From Macrostomum lignano (taxonomy: Eukaryota), in contig NIVC01002093.1 in assembly GCA_002269645.1 (NCBI GenBank), positions 62,001 through 126,000 of the forward strand: a stretch of DNA of 64,000 nt, read 5' to 3'. The notes beneath the pieces were generated by a model. That model was not told where the DNA came from. It saw only the letters and a list, made by a program, of their open reading frames with translations, and made no database searches. Numbering within the stretch: position 1 is the stretch's first letter; each line of letters opens with the position of its first letter. Made by a program: the position numbers and the translations under genes. Of this stretch, positions 13,331 through 28,910 are shown one piece after another.

Positions 13331-13760
13331 TAGTTTCATTGGCTGTAACAACTATATTGATTTATTCCCTGCCCCAATTAACAAGTATAACACAAATATA
13401 TGCACAGTATATAAGTGCACAAATTCGCAGAACTGATCATGGACCAGCCATAGTTTCATTGGCTATAACAACTATATTGATTTATTCCCTGCCCTAATTA
13501 ACAAGGATAACACAAATATATGCACAGTATATAAGTGCACAAATTCGCAGAGCTGATCATGGACCAGCCATAGTTTCATTGGCTGTAACAACTCTAGTGG
13601 TTTGTGCACTGTCCTAATTAACAAGGATAACACAAATATATGCACATTATATAAGTGCACAAATTCGCAGAACTGATCATGGACCAGCCATAGTTTCGTT
13701 GGCTATAACAACTATATTGATTTGTTCCCTACCCTAATTAACATGGAATTAACAAGGATA
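13331..13760. repeat. 120-bp tandem repeat, ~3.5 copies
   Basis: tagtttcattggc unit starts at 13331, 13451, 13571 and 13691. Confidence 0.9.
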
Positions 13761-13968
13761 TCACAAATATATACAGATCTCTATTGCAGAAACCAATGTA
13801 TATAATATTATACTCATTGGATCCAAGCTGACAGTCATTCGGCTTGCTCGCTACAGTCGGGCGCCCCCAACATTATGAATAAATGTAGCCAGCGCTGGCC
13901 ACCCCAAATAGAATGCATCAATGCAGCCAGCGCTGGCCACCCTCAACATAATGCGTAAATTTAACCAG

Positions 13969-16072
13969 CGCTGGCCACACCAAATAGAATGCATGGGTGC
14001 AACCAGCGCCGGCCACCCCAAATGGAAATTGTTGTGCTATACTATAGCTGCTATGCCGCTACCATTATGAGGACGGCGTGGATGCCTGCGCCGACATCTA
14101 CATTTGCATCAGGCCGGCCAGGCATTATGGCCAGCATCCGATCCTTGAACGGCGAGCCAATCTGGTGGAGTGCTACAAACCTACAAATTTATCATTTATC
14201 TATTATATTCTTCATATTTATCGCAAACAGTCTTAACAATCAAGACCGGCAATTACCAGATTGGGAACGGATGTATGTAAATCAGGTAGCATAGCGGGCG
14301 CACAAGCGACTAATTGGGGCGTCAATTATGAATACAACGCAAGGCTACTTGGTGGTGCGCAGCTCATGGAACAGGAAGTGGACAGCCACCTGAACGCTAA
14401 CCGATCGGAAGTACTATGGAATATGGATTCTGTAATATAAAATATATAGTATAATGGAATATTCTGCTATCGGTATGAGGATGGCGTGGATGCCTGCGTC
14501 GACATCTACATTTGCATCAGGCCGGACAGGCATTATGGCCAGCATCCAATCCTCGAACGGCGAGCCAATCTGGAGGAGTACTATGCATGCCGCTACTGCT
14601 ATGAGGACGGCGTGGATACCTGCGCCGACATTGAATGACCTTAGCCAGAACTGCATTATAGAAGGACTCAATGACGCGGAATATGGAATATAGATTATGG
14701 AATATGCTGCTATCGTTATGAGGACGGCGTGGATGCCTGCGTCGACATCTACATTTGCATCAGGCCGGCCAGGTCATTGAATGACCTTAGCCAGAACTGT
14801 ATTATAGAAGGACTCAATGACGCGGCCAATTATTGTTGCCAATTATGCCTATTTAGCCATTATAGGCATATAAGATATGCCTAGGCCATAGAATACTAGG
14901 CTTATCTATGTTTATACTATGTAATAAATAAATAAATAAATAAATAATAATAGATACATTCATATAGTGTCACTTATGTGAATTTTTCTATTTTTTTTGC
15001 CTGTATGCCCTGAGTTCCAAAACTCAAATTCAAAATCTATTCAAATGACTTATTGAAATTGAAATGACTTATTGAACTAAATATGTATATTCTTAATTTT
15101 TGCCTTGTTGAAGTCTATCCAATTTAATCATCTAGTCATTTAATTCCAATTCTATATTGCAATTGGCCAATAAATATACAATATGGCTTGGTTCCAACAT
15201 GCTAATTGACTATTTTGCTGTTCTCTATCATACTTTGTCTTTGACCTAGCTACATTTAGCCTTTATTTTTTACTAAAAGAAGAAAAGAATTGAAATTCAA
15301 TATATAAAATGACAGACCTTTGCATATAGTTATCATTATATTTATATTGGTGTGATATGCGACATTGTGACCAAATCTGGTCTTGCCTTGAATCATAATA
15401 AACGGGAAACCAAACTATGTGCTAATCATATTTTAATAAAATATATTTTCTTCCTAATTAATTCATTAAATTAGCATATCTTGTATGCATATTGATAAGA
15501 GCATCAATAATAAGTTGTTTTGTCCATCACAAATACTCATTATTTGAAATTTGACTTTCATAGGTTATTTATACAATTCAAAGAAAATTAATATTAAAGC
15601 ATAATATGGTTGTAGTCTGTCTTAACCAATATATTTAGCTTTATATTAATGTAGCTTATCTATACACAGGACATAGATTATCTTTACATTGATCTAGCTA
15701 GTGGGTCAGACATTCAATTGTATGCCCAACTATGTAGATCAAAGAAATTTTAGATCATAATGAACAGTTTAACTGTGCCAACTACAATTCATTCCAATTA
15801 GTATTTAGAGTATAGGTAACTTCTCTTAGAACAAAGTGTCTAACAAACCATAAGGTACAATGCAATTGAAATATAATTACTTGTATTTAGTCTTAATTAA
15901 TTGCTGACTTTAGATTCGACAACTACGATTAATAGTGAAATGTATTGTCACTTGCTTTATCTAATAATCAATTATGCGCACAAATAAAACAAGTGTAAAA
16001 ATTAACAACGGCTTATTATAATTATTATCCATGGACGGACCTGTTATTTAAAATCTATTGAACAACTTTAGC
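13969..16072 (-). repeat. 2104-bp inverted repeat, right arm
   Basis: Reverse complement of 9562-11665. Confidence 0.95.
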
Positions 16073-16248
16073 AGTCTTGTCGGAAAGTCTCAATAGAAAA
16101 TATGTCATACATTGACATAGATTACCTTTGTAACAAATAGCATAAAATAAAATAAAATAGATAATATATAGGTAGATAGATAGACATTTCAATATGGTCA
16201 AAAAACTTGTCAGCTAAACAGATTGCTGGAAGCCAATCCAATCGATCA

Positions 16249-16763
16249 CTATTGCTGCTGCTGCTGCTGTTGCTGCTGCGGCTGCTGCTGCTTGGCGGTG
16301 TGCCATGCCCACAACTCCGTCCACCAGACGCAACCAGCGGTGGCGGCAGACTCTGACTCATCCACAACCAGGCAGCCCTGCTCAATCAGCGACTCAGCGA
16401 AGTCGACCCCGGCAGCATCGCAGAGGGCCACTCGCCAGACCTCCGCCTCGTCAGTAGCAGAGCGTCCGGTTTCAACAGTCATCAGCCTGACTGTCCATTC
16501 CCGGCCGTCGTTGGCTCAGAGAGCGGCGCAGAGAGTCTGTGAGTGCGATGCGGCGAAGGCGTCGGCGGTGCGCACGAGCGTCAGGCGGCATGCGTGGGCG
16601 AACGGCGCCAGAGGCGGCGACTGCAGCTCGGCGGGCAGAGGCGCCAGCTCGGAAGTTGCGGTGGCTTCGTCATTGCAGAAGTCAACGAAGCGCACAGTGA
16701 GGTTGCGACTGCCGGCCGGGTCGGTACAGTGTGTGACGGTACCATTGACCGTAATGGGAAAAT
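16249..16763 (-). CDS. Extended Tudor-domain-like exon with an in-frame TGA (16518-16516)
   Basis: After a tcag acceptor: GTVTHCTDP...LTVRFVDFCNDEATATSELAPLPAELQSPPLAPFAHACRL ... VALCDAAGVDFAESLIEQG, resembling Tudor V.FVDYGN.E...L..LP..F...P.QA..C.L ... INE.LV..G. ORFs 16836 and 16482 are in the same frame. Confidence 0.55.
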
Positions 16764-16775
16764 CTGACCGCGAAC

Positions 16776-16836
<61 letters not shown>
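16776..16836. repeat. (CA)n microsatellite
   Basis: Direct reading. Confidence 0.95.
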
Positions 16837-16838
<2 letters not shown>

Positions 16839-18329
16839 TCGTTTGAGTCTCTGAGCTGAAGTTTCAGCCTGTGACAATACAATAGCCTCTGACTTCAAAT
16901 TCCAAGTCCAATTCAGAAGTCCAATATCGCTGGCTGACTGGCTGGTTAAACTTGTGCATTATGTTGGGTGTGGCCAGCGTTGGCTGCATTTACGCATTAT
17001 GTTGGGGGTGGCCAGCGCTGGCTGCATTTATGCATTCTCTTTGGGGGTGGCCAGCGCTGGCTGCATCTTTGAGGTGGTATTTTGTATTTAGTATATGTGG
17101 ATTGAAATCGTAACATGCATTCATTCAATGTAGCCTTCCAGGTATAACCACATTATCTGTGTAATGTTTATCATAATTAATATCGTTAGTATAAATGTAT
17201 ATTCTTCGCGAATATACAACTATAAATTTTAAGGACATTTGTATATAAATTAGCATTTGCATAAATTAGCATAAATAAGGACATTTGTATATAAAATTTG
17301 TAAATAACTACACACACTATGGCACACAATTTCCAACTTGATTCAACTTGACTGGATTCAATGCAAACAGTAGGTCGATTCCTTTTATTATTGTTGTCGA
17401 TATATTTAGTGTTATTTATCATTTATCGAGACGTGCATAACATAATGCTCACCGTTTCCTTAATTTTTCATACATCTCTTAATGCGGAGAAAAATGATTC
17501 ATAGACACGAAAACATTGCCAATCTATCTTTCATTGGTCGATCGATTGCAATTGCACTTGCATTGGCTACTGTTGTCAGCTTACAAAGAGGAATACTCGA
17601 CAATCCAACTGAGTGCCATCGATCAATGTGCAACACCGGACAAAGAGTCCGGACTAACCATAATAGACACACAAAGACGTATACGATTTTTATATGTTTG
17701 AAATTTACATTATAACAATAAATTAACGCACAATTTACACTTCAGCTACAATCGGACAAGTCGTTCTATAAGGTCAGTTCTGCAGTCCGAGGCCCTGGCC
17801 CGTCCTAGCGATCTGCTGCGCCGTCGGCGACTCCAGCTGTCAGGCCACGTCATCCGCGCCGAGGCCTACTGTCCGGAGCCGGTGCAGGCGGTGTTGCTAC
17901 TTACGTTGCAGGCACCATACCGACGGGGACAGACGAGGACTCGGCGCTATGTCGACTGTCTGATGGCTGACGCCGGCGCCCCGGACTCTGTCGGCGGTGC
18001 GGCCTGTGTTCGCGCCCAAGTTTCGAAGCGCGCCATCTGACGCTGCTTTTGCGAACTGGCAGCGTACTCTGTTGTTGTTATGTTGTTGTTAATCACGCAG
18101 GAAATCGATAATTACACGATCGTCTGGCCGAACTACATATTCGAAATCGCCTAATTCAACTCATTAATTATACAAACGCATCCGAATGTATTTCGAGCAT
18201 TTCAATGTTTTTTTATTTGAATGTTTACGCGTTACAGACCAACAGTTTATCTACAAGACAGTCGGTCAATCGAACTGTCTATCCATCAGACTATACGTCA
18301 TCGTGTCTGTATGTCTGTCTGTATGCCTA

Positions 18330-18330
18330 G

Positions 18331-18392
<62 letters not shown>

Positions 18393-18420
18393 GTCTGTCT
18401 GTCTATCTGTCTATCTATCT
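18330..18420. repeat. (TATC)n/(TGTC)n microsatellite
   Basis: Direct reading. Confidence 0.95.
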
Positions 18421-19034
18421 AAGTTTCTTCATTTGTATCGCTACCAAAGAAATCAAAGAAACTTTAGGCTGCACGGCAACTGCTATCCGTCAACTAGGCC
18501 TCTCATTCTAGCAACATCAGCATCAGGCGCTGCGCGATGGTGTAGCGATACCCCACACCATCTCACGCCAAGTCTTAGATCGAGGTTGTTTTTTTTTCTA
18601 CAGCTCAGTCGCTCATTCTAACAGCAACAACAACAGACGCTGCGCGCGATGGTGTAGCGTTACGCCACGTCCCATGCCCACTCACAGTCTATTGCGCTCT
18701 CACGCGTGCCAGCGAGTCAGCTTGGTGACAATTCTCTCCAAATCGATAATTGCTTCTCACGTTTCACCAACAGGCTGCAGTCGGTGGCGGCAAAGGCGGC
18801 AAATCCGCTACAAATAAATCCATTGGAATATATATCATACTAAGCATCAGTGAATCGATACAATACTTGTTATTGCTGCTAGTGCGTTGCTACCGCGATT
18901 CCACGACCTCGATACTGTAAACATAGTCACACGATTCGTTTGTTTACACAGTATACTACTTGCAGTTTATCCACGCAGAGTTTCCAAGATATCACACCGC
19001 GGTTCCCCAGACAGATTAGTATGAAGAAGAAGAT

Positions 19035-19255
19035 TCATCCCCCAGATAGTAAGCATCCCCCAGATAGTAAGCATCCCCCAGATAGTAAGCATCCCCCAGA
19101 TAGTAAGCATCCCCCAGTTAGTAAGCATCCCCCAGATAGTAAGCATCCCCCAGATAGCAAGCACCCCCCAGATAGTAGGCATCCCCAGATAGTAGGCATC
19201 CCTCATACAGCAGGCATCCCCAGATAGTAGGCATCCCTCATACAGCAGGCATCCC
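19035..19255. repeat. 18-bp minisatellite (aagcatcccccagatagt)
   Basis: Direct tandem reading. Confidence 0.9.
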
Positions 19256-19787
19256 AATAGAGAAAAAAAAATTTTCGGCGCGAAAATTTTCTAAGTCAAA
19301 ATAATTTTGACACTTAGAGAAATTTCACATTTCTCGAGCTAGCGCAGCGGTACCCCAGAAAAAAAACTCGGCTGTGACAGGTAGGTGGTTGGGTTGGGGT
19401 TGTGAATAATTATTCGAGTAATAGTTGGATTGGATGGGTTAGTTAGTTAGTTAGTCAGTTAGTCAATCGGTATGCTATATGAGTACTACTAGTGTTTATT
19501 GTTTAGTCAGACAGTCAGCCAGCCAGCCAGCCAGCCGGTTGGTTTGATTAACAGCAGTATTAGAAACAGAAGAGACAAACATAAACTATCTAACATAGAT
19601 AGATAGATTACCATAGACTAAAGTACTAACTAGTGTCGGTTAGCATCCATTTGTCTATCCATCCCTCCATTCAAACAAAGTGATGGATGTAGGGGTAAGA
19701 GATATCGATTCTATTATTAGCAACTGTTACTATAATTGGCTACAAGATTTTAGCTCTCCATTCGTTATTATGTGTGTGTCTGTCTAT

Positions 19788-20275
19788 TTATAGATGGTTG
19801 TTACCATATGTAGCCGACTAATATATATATTTATAGATGGTTGCTACTATATATAGCCGACTATTATATATTTATAGATGGTTTTTACTATATATAGCCG
19901 CGTTAGTCTATTTATATCGCTTAATTACTATAATTAGTAGTCTATGTTACTAATTATGGATGTTGTTACTAAAAATATAATTGCATACTCGTCCCTAAGA
20001 GATATAGAGACGAGTTGATGATATATACGATAGGTTAGACACATAGACAACTAGTAGTAAATATTAGCGAGTGTAGCTATAGTCAGTCAGCGGTCTATAT
20101 CTCTTAGGGACGAGTATGCAATTATATTTTTAGTAACAACATCCATAATTAGTAACATAAACGCTATTTATAGTAATAAATCCGAAATAAATAGACTAAC
20201 CGGCTATATATAGTAAAAAACCATCTATAAATATATATTAGTCGGCTATATATAGTAACAACCACTCTATAAATA
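19788..20275. repeat. AT-rich fold-back (inverted arms ~19788-20007 and 20095-20275)
   Basis: ctcgtccctaagagatatag (19988-20007) versus ctatatctcttagggacgag (20095-20114), with complementary sequence extending outward. Confidence 0.8.
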
Positions 20276-20360
20276 TGATGATGATGATGATGACCATGCT
20301 GATGATGACCGTTTGTACTGTCTATTTATAGTAACATAAACGCTATTTATAGTAACAATA

Positions 20361-20384
20361 CCCTAACCCTAACCCTAACCCTAG
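20361..20384. repeat. Short interstitial telomeric-type repeat (CCCTAA)3CCCTAG
   Basis: Direct reading. Confidence 0.8.
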
Positions 20385-20886
20385 TTTAATTCTGGGGGAC
20401 GCTCTATCAGCATCAGCATATCATAGGACGTATCAGCTGCTGCATGTGGGTAATTTGTATTGGGGGGGGGATGGTTAGAGGGGCCCGTCCGTAGGAGGTA
20501 ACTTATCTTGGGTTAGCCTAATGCTTACTGATCTGCCTGCTCCCTGCCTGCTTAATCCGTCTAGTGAATATCAGGTTGGTTTCTTTCTTGGAAAATCTGT
20601 CTGGGAAAACCGCAAACTGTACCTCCGCTAATCTGTCTAATGAAACGTATGCTGCTGCTGTTTTTTTCTGGGAAACGCTGTATGTGAATACTTTTATCCT
20701 GGGGAAGCCACCTGTTGCTGTCTGAGGGTAACTTATCTTGGGGGAAGCCACTCTCCCGATGCTTTCCTCTCCTCTCCATGCCATGGGCCGCTGCAATTCA
20801 AAATCACACCTGCCTATTTGTTTCTTCTATTCGTTTGTGACTGCGATTAAGAAAGTACAAGTTAAACTGTCTGGGTTATAATATAG

Positions 20887-25019
<4,133 letters not shown>

Positions 25020-25554
25020 TCCTTGTGCTCTTTTACCTTGGGGTTGCGATAGGGGCCTCGCGGCCTATTCGCGGCGCCTGCGCCCCCCGTCAGTAGTAAG
25101 TAAGTAGTAAGTATAATATAGCATGCTGTTTGTACACACTCTAAACTCCCTTCTGGCTGAATACTCATTCTACTGCCCCCTTTTTGCCATAGAATAAAAA
25201 TTTGAAGTCTCCCTATCGATTTATCACTCTCGATACGTTGTTGCAGCCATAGACATAGATTGAGGCCGACCTGTCCATCTCGATGTTTTAAACCCTGACT
25301 ATTTCGCTCTTGCTCAGTTGTAAGTAGAGCGGCGTCTTGCGCCCGGCTCTCTCGCTTGCTCTATCTATAGATAAGCATAGCTACTACGTTCACCTTTCGC
25401 GTTTCTATCAAGTAAGTTGCAACTGTGCTTTTTTAATATGTTTTATTATATCACGAGTGGAGCTACGCCTTTGAAGGTGAAATAGTACGAACTCTCATCC
25501 TGGAAATTCTGAAGCGGAAGAAATCCCATTCACTTTTATAATCATGTCAAACTT

Positions 25555-25735
25555 GCACTTTCACTATATGTAACAGGTCCCTTACATGCTGCATGTTTAG
25601 GTGGAGCAGCTTCTCTCTCTTTCTCTCTCTCTCTCTCTCTCGGATATGCTATAGCCCTTAACTACTATTGTTTCACAATTGCACTTTCACTATATGTAAC
25701 AGGTCCCTTACATGCTGCATGTTTAGGTGGAGCAG

Positions 25736-25812
<77 letters not shown>

Positions 25813-26010
25813 TATGCTATAGCCCTTAACTACTATTGTTTCACAATTGCATTTTCACTATATGTAACAGGTCCCTTACATGCTGCATGTCTAGGTGGAG
25901 CAGCCTCTCGGGTATGCTATAACCCTTTAATTATTATTATTTCACATTTGCACTATCACTATATATAACAGGTCCCTTACATGCTGCATGTTTAGGTGGA
26001 GCAATATGCT
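25555..26010. repeat. Tandem repeat of ~100-170-bp units each containing a variable (CT)n tract, ~4 copies
   Basis: gcactttcactatatgtaacaggtcccttacatgctgcatgtttaggtggagcagc recurs at ~25555, 25681, 25849 and 25950. Confidence 0.85.
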
Positions 26011-26450
26011 ATAGCACTTTAACTACAATTATCTAATGATCACAGTTTCGCTATACAACAGGTCTATTACATGATGCGAGTTCAGTTGAAGCAGCCTCTC
26101 TATTATAAGCCCTTTTTATTGTAGCTAGCGTCTTAAAACAAGTCATGTTTTCTTATGTGTGGAAAGGCATGGAAACTGTATGCGCTACTATTCTGGATAA
26201 ATTGGGAATCTACTACAACGCACTGCTGGCTAATAACTTCAAGCGTTTGAATCTTCATATCGCCAATTCACATAGACTTTCTATCAGTAGCTTTGCAAGT
26301 TTTAATAAATATACTGACGCTGCTATTCTGACATTTGCAAACCCAACTGAATGGATTGGTCAATTGATGGCCTTTCGTGTTTCATTATTGTCATCCAGGG
26401 TGACCGTTTGAACTTTTGATATCCAATGAAGGAAAAACAGCTGGATTCAT

Positions 26451-27626
26451 TTAGCGCAACTGCTTTTGATCGGTAATCGAGGTCAAATCACCAGTCAGTA
26501 AGGTCACATCACCAGTCACCAAGGTCACATCACCAGTCACCAAGGTCACATCACCAGTCACCAAGGTCACATCACCAGTCAACATGGTCACATCAACAGT
26601 CAACTGGGTCACATCACCAGTCAATCGGGTCACATCACCATTCAACTTGGTCACATCACCAGTCAACATGGTCACATCACAAGTCAACGTGGTCACAACA
26701 CCAGTCAGTCAGGTCACATTGCCAGTCAGTCGGGTCACATCACCAGTCAATTGGGTCACATCACCAGTCAACTGGGTCACATCACCAGTCAACGCGGTCA
26801 CATCACCAGTCAACGCGGTCACATCACCAGTCAACGCGGTCACATCACCAGTCAACGCGGTCACATCACCAGTCAACGCGGTCACATCACCAGTCAATCG
26901 GGTCACATCACCATTCAACTGGGTCACATCACCAGTCAACATGGTCACATCACCAGTAAACGCGGTCACATCACCAGTCAGTCGGGTCACATCACCAGTC
27001 AGTCGGGTCACATCACCAGTCAACTGGGTCACATCACCAGTCAATCGGGTCACATCACCATTCAACTGGGTCACATCACCAGTCAACATGGTCACATCAC
27101 AAGTCAACGTGCTCACAACACCAGTCAGTCGGGTCACATCACTAGTCAGTCGGGTCACATCACCAGTCAGTCGGGTCACATCACCAGTCAGTCGGGTCAC
27201 ATCACCAATCAACATGGTCACATCACCAGTCAGTCGGGTCACATCACCAGTCAACATGGTCACATCACCAGTCAACGCGGTCACATCACCAGTCAATCGG
27301 GTCACATCACCATTCAACTGGGTCACATCACCAGTCAACATGGTCACATCACAAGTCAACGTGCTCACAACACCAGTCAGTCGGGTCACATCACCAGTCA
27401 GTCGGGTCACATCACCAGTCAGTCGGGTCACATCACCAGTCAGTCGGGTCACATCACCAGTCAGTCGGGTCACATCACCAATCAAAATGGTCACATCACC
27501 AGTCACCAAGGTCACATCACCAGTCCCTAAGGTCAAAACACCAGTAGAGGTCATAACACCAGTAGAGGTCACATCACCAGTCACTAAGGTGATGTGACCA
27601 TCCAATCCAATTAAACGTAGAAACAA
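26451..27626 (-). CDS. 21-bp-repeat gene encoding ~50 heptads (VTxLTGD), probable long coiled coil; one in-frame TGA at 26711-26709
   Basis: ORFs 27626 and 26696 are in the same frame, separated by a CGA>TGA-type stop. Val/Leu at heptad a/d positions; Leu is encoded by both TTG and CTG across units. Confidence 0.5.
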
Positions 27627-27978
27627 TCAAACGAAGCGGAGACTGGGTGAAATGCGTGAAATGATCAAAACTCGCAAGCAAGAGAATAGCTAACTTAACT
27701 AACTATAGATTGAAGAATTGGCTGGCTGGCTGACTGACTTGCATTCTGCCTTCGATTGATGCTTGCGCGCGCGCGTTTTTATCAGTTAGCGGGCTACCCT
27801 CCACGCTTTCTATTTCGATACCAACGAGTTAAATATAAATGGGGGATGACCCTAGACAGTATACAAATGACCTTGTCATCGGCCAATACAGAGCAGCGAA
27901 AACCAACCCCCATAAATACAAGCCAATAGATGCGTAAAATTGATGCTAAAATTGGCGAGCATGGTATATCCTAGGGTC
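27616..27978. repeat. ~360-bp block with twin CCAAT boxes; inverted diverged copy at 56906-57259
   Basis: Alignable by eye to the reverse complement of 56906-57259; CCAAT at 27883 and 27923. Confidence 0.85.
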
Positions 27979-28910
27979 TTAGCTTTTTAGGAACATAAAC
28001 TATATCGCGGGTCGTACTCGTATGTACAAATGCTGAATTACGTTAGAATCAACTTGTATAATCAAAGCGCTTACGTTATGCTCGTTCGCGCTCTGTTGCC
28101 AGCTGGGTCTCTCTCGAAGATGACATTGTTAACCCGTTGCGCCATACTTAGAGGTGGTGATGATTTTAGTTTATTTGAATTGATCGAGTTTAATCGAAAA
28201 ACTAGTAACTATTTAAAACAGAGCTGCTGTAAGAAGTAATTTTATTGTAACAATAACAAATACACGAATTCGCGTGCTCATGGATGCTCAACTGGTTGTC
28301 TCGTCTAGTTTATGGTCTAGTATAGCCTATTCTAGCATTTTAAAATATCACGCGTAGACAGGCCATAGAATTAATATCGTGTGTACGAGTATGTAAATGA
28401 ATGTATGTATACATAGTGTCTGTATTGGTTGGTATATTCGCCGGGTTTCAGTCAGTCACGCTGAAAATACAGACCGGATGATTAAGATCAGCGACATTAT
28501 TAGTCAACATGTTGGATGTTAGCATCGGTACGGCATTTGAACGTTTTTTGGTTTCTAAATATACTTGTTTGTCAGAGGAAAGTGTGGGAGAGGGAGGGGC
28601 GGTTAGTTATTAGCATCTCCATATTGAAGTTGACACCAGTACAGTAGCTTTCATAACTGCGCCTGTTACATAGTTGATTGAATTTGGATGCACCATCTCT
28701 GTTATCGGTTGACAGTGATCTTTACAGTGCGTGTGATCGCTGTATGGTTACTGATTGACTGCAATCGTTAGCACTCAACCATTTATTTAGCTCGACCAAT
28801 AATTAATTAATAGTAAAAAAATATATACAAGATTAGACAACGTGTACAAACGATGAGCCGAAGTGTTTAGTTGAATATTACATTAATTGGTCACAAGTCG
28901 CCACTACCTA

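Noticed and set aside
16223-16846. Plus-strand 207-aa ORF with a ubiquitin-like TVRLRLP segment
   Set aside because: The opposite strand gives a better Tudor-like reading with a splice acceptor; this ORF is padded by (CTG)n and (CA)n.
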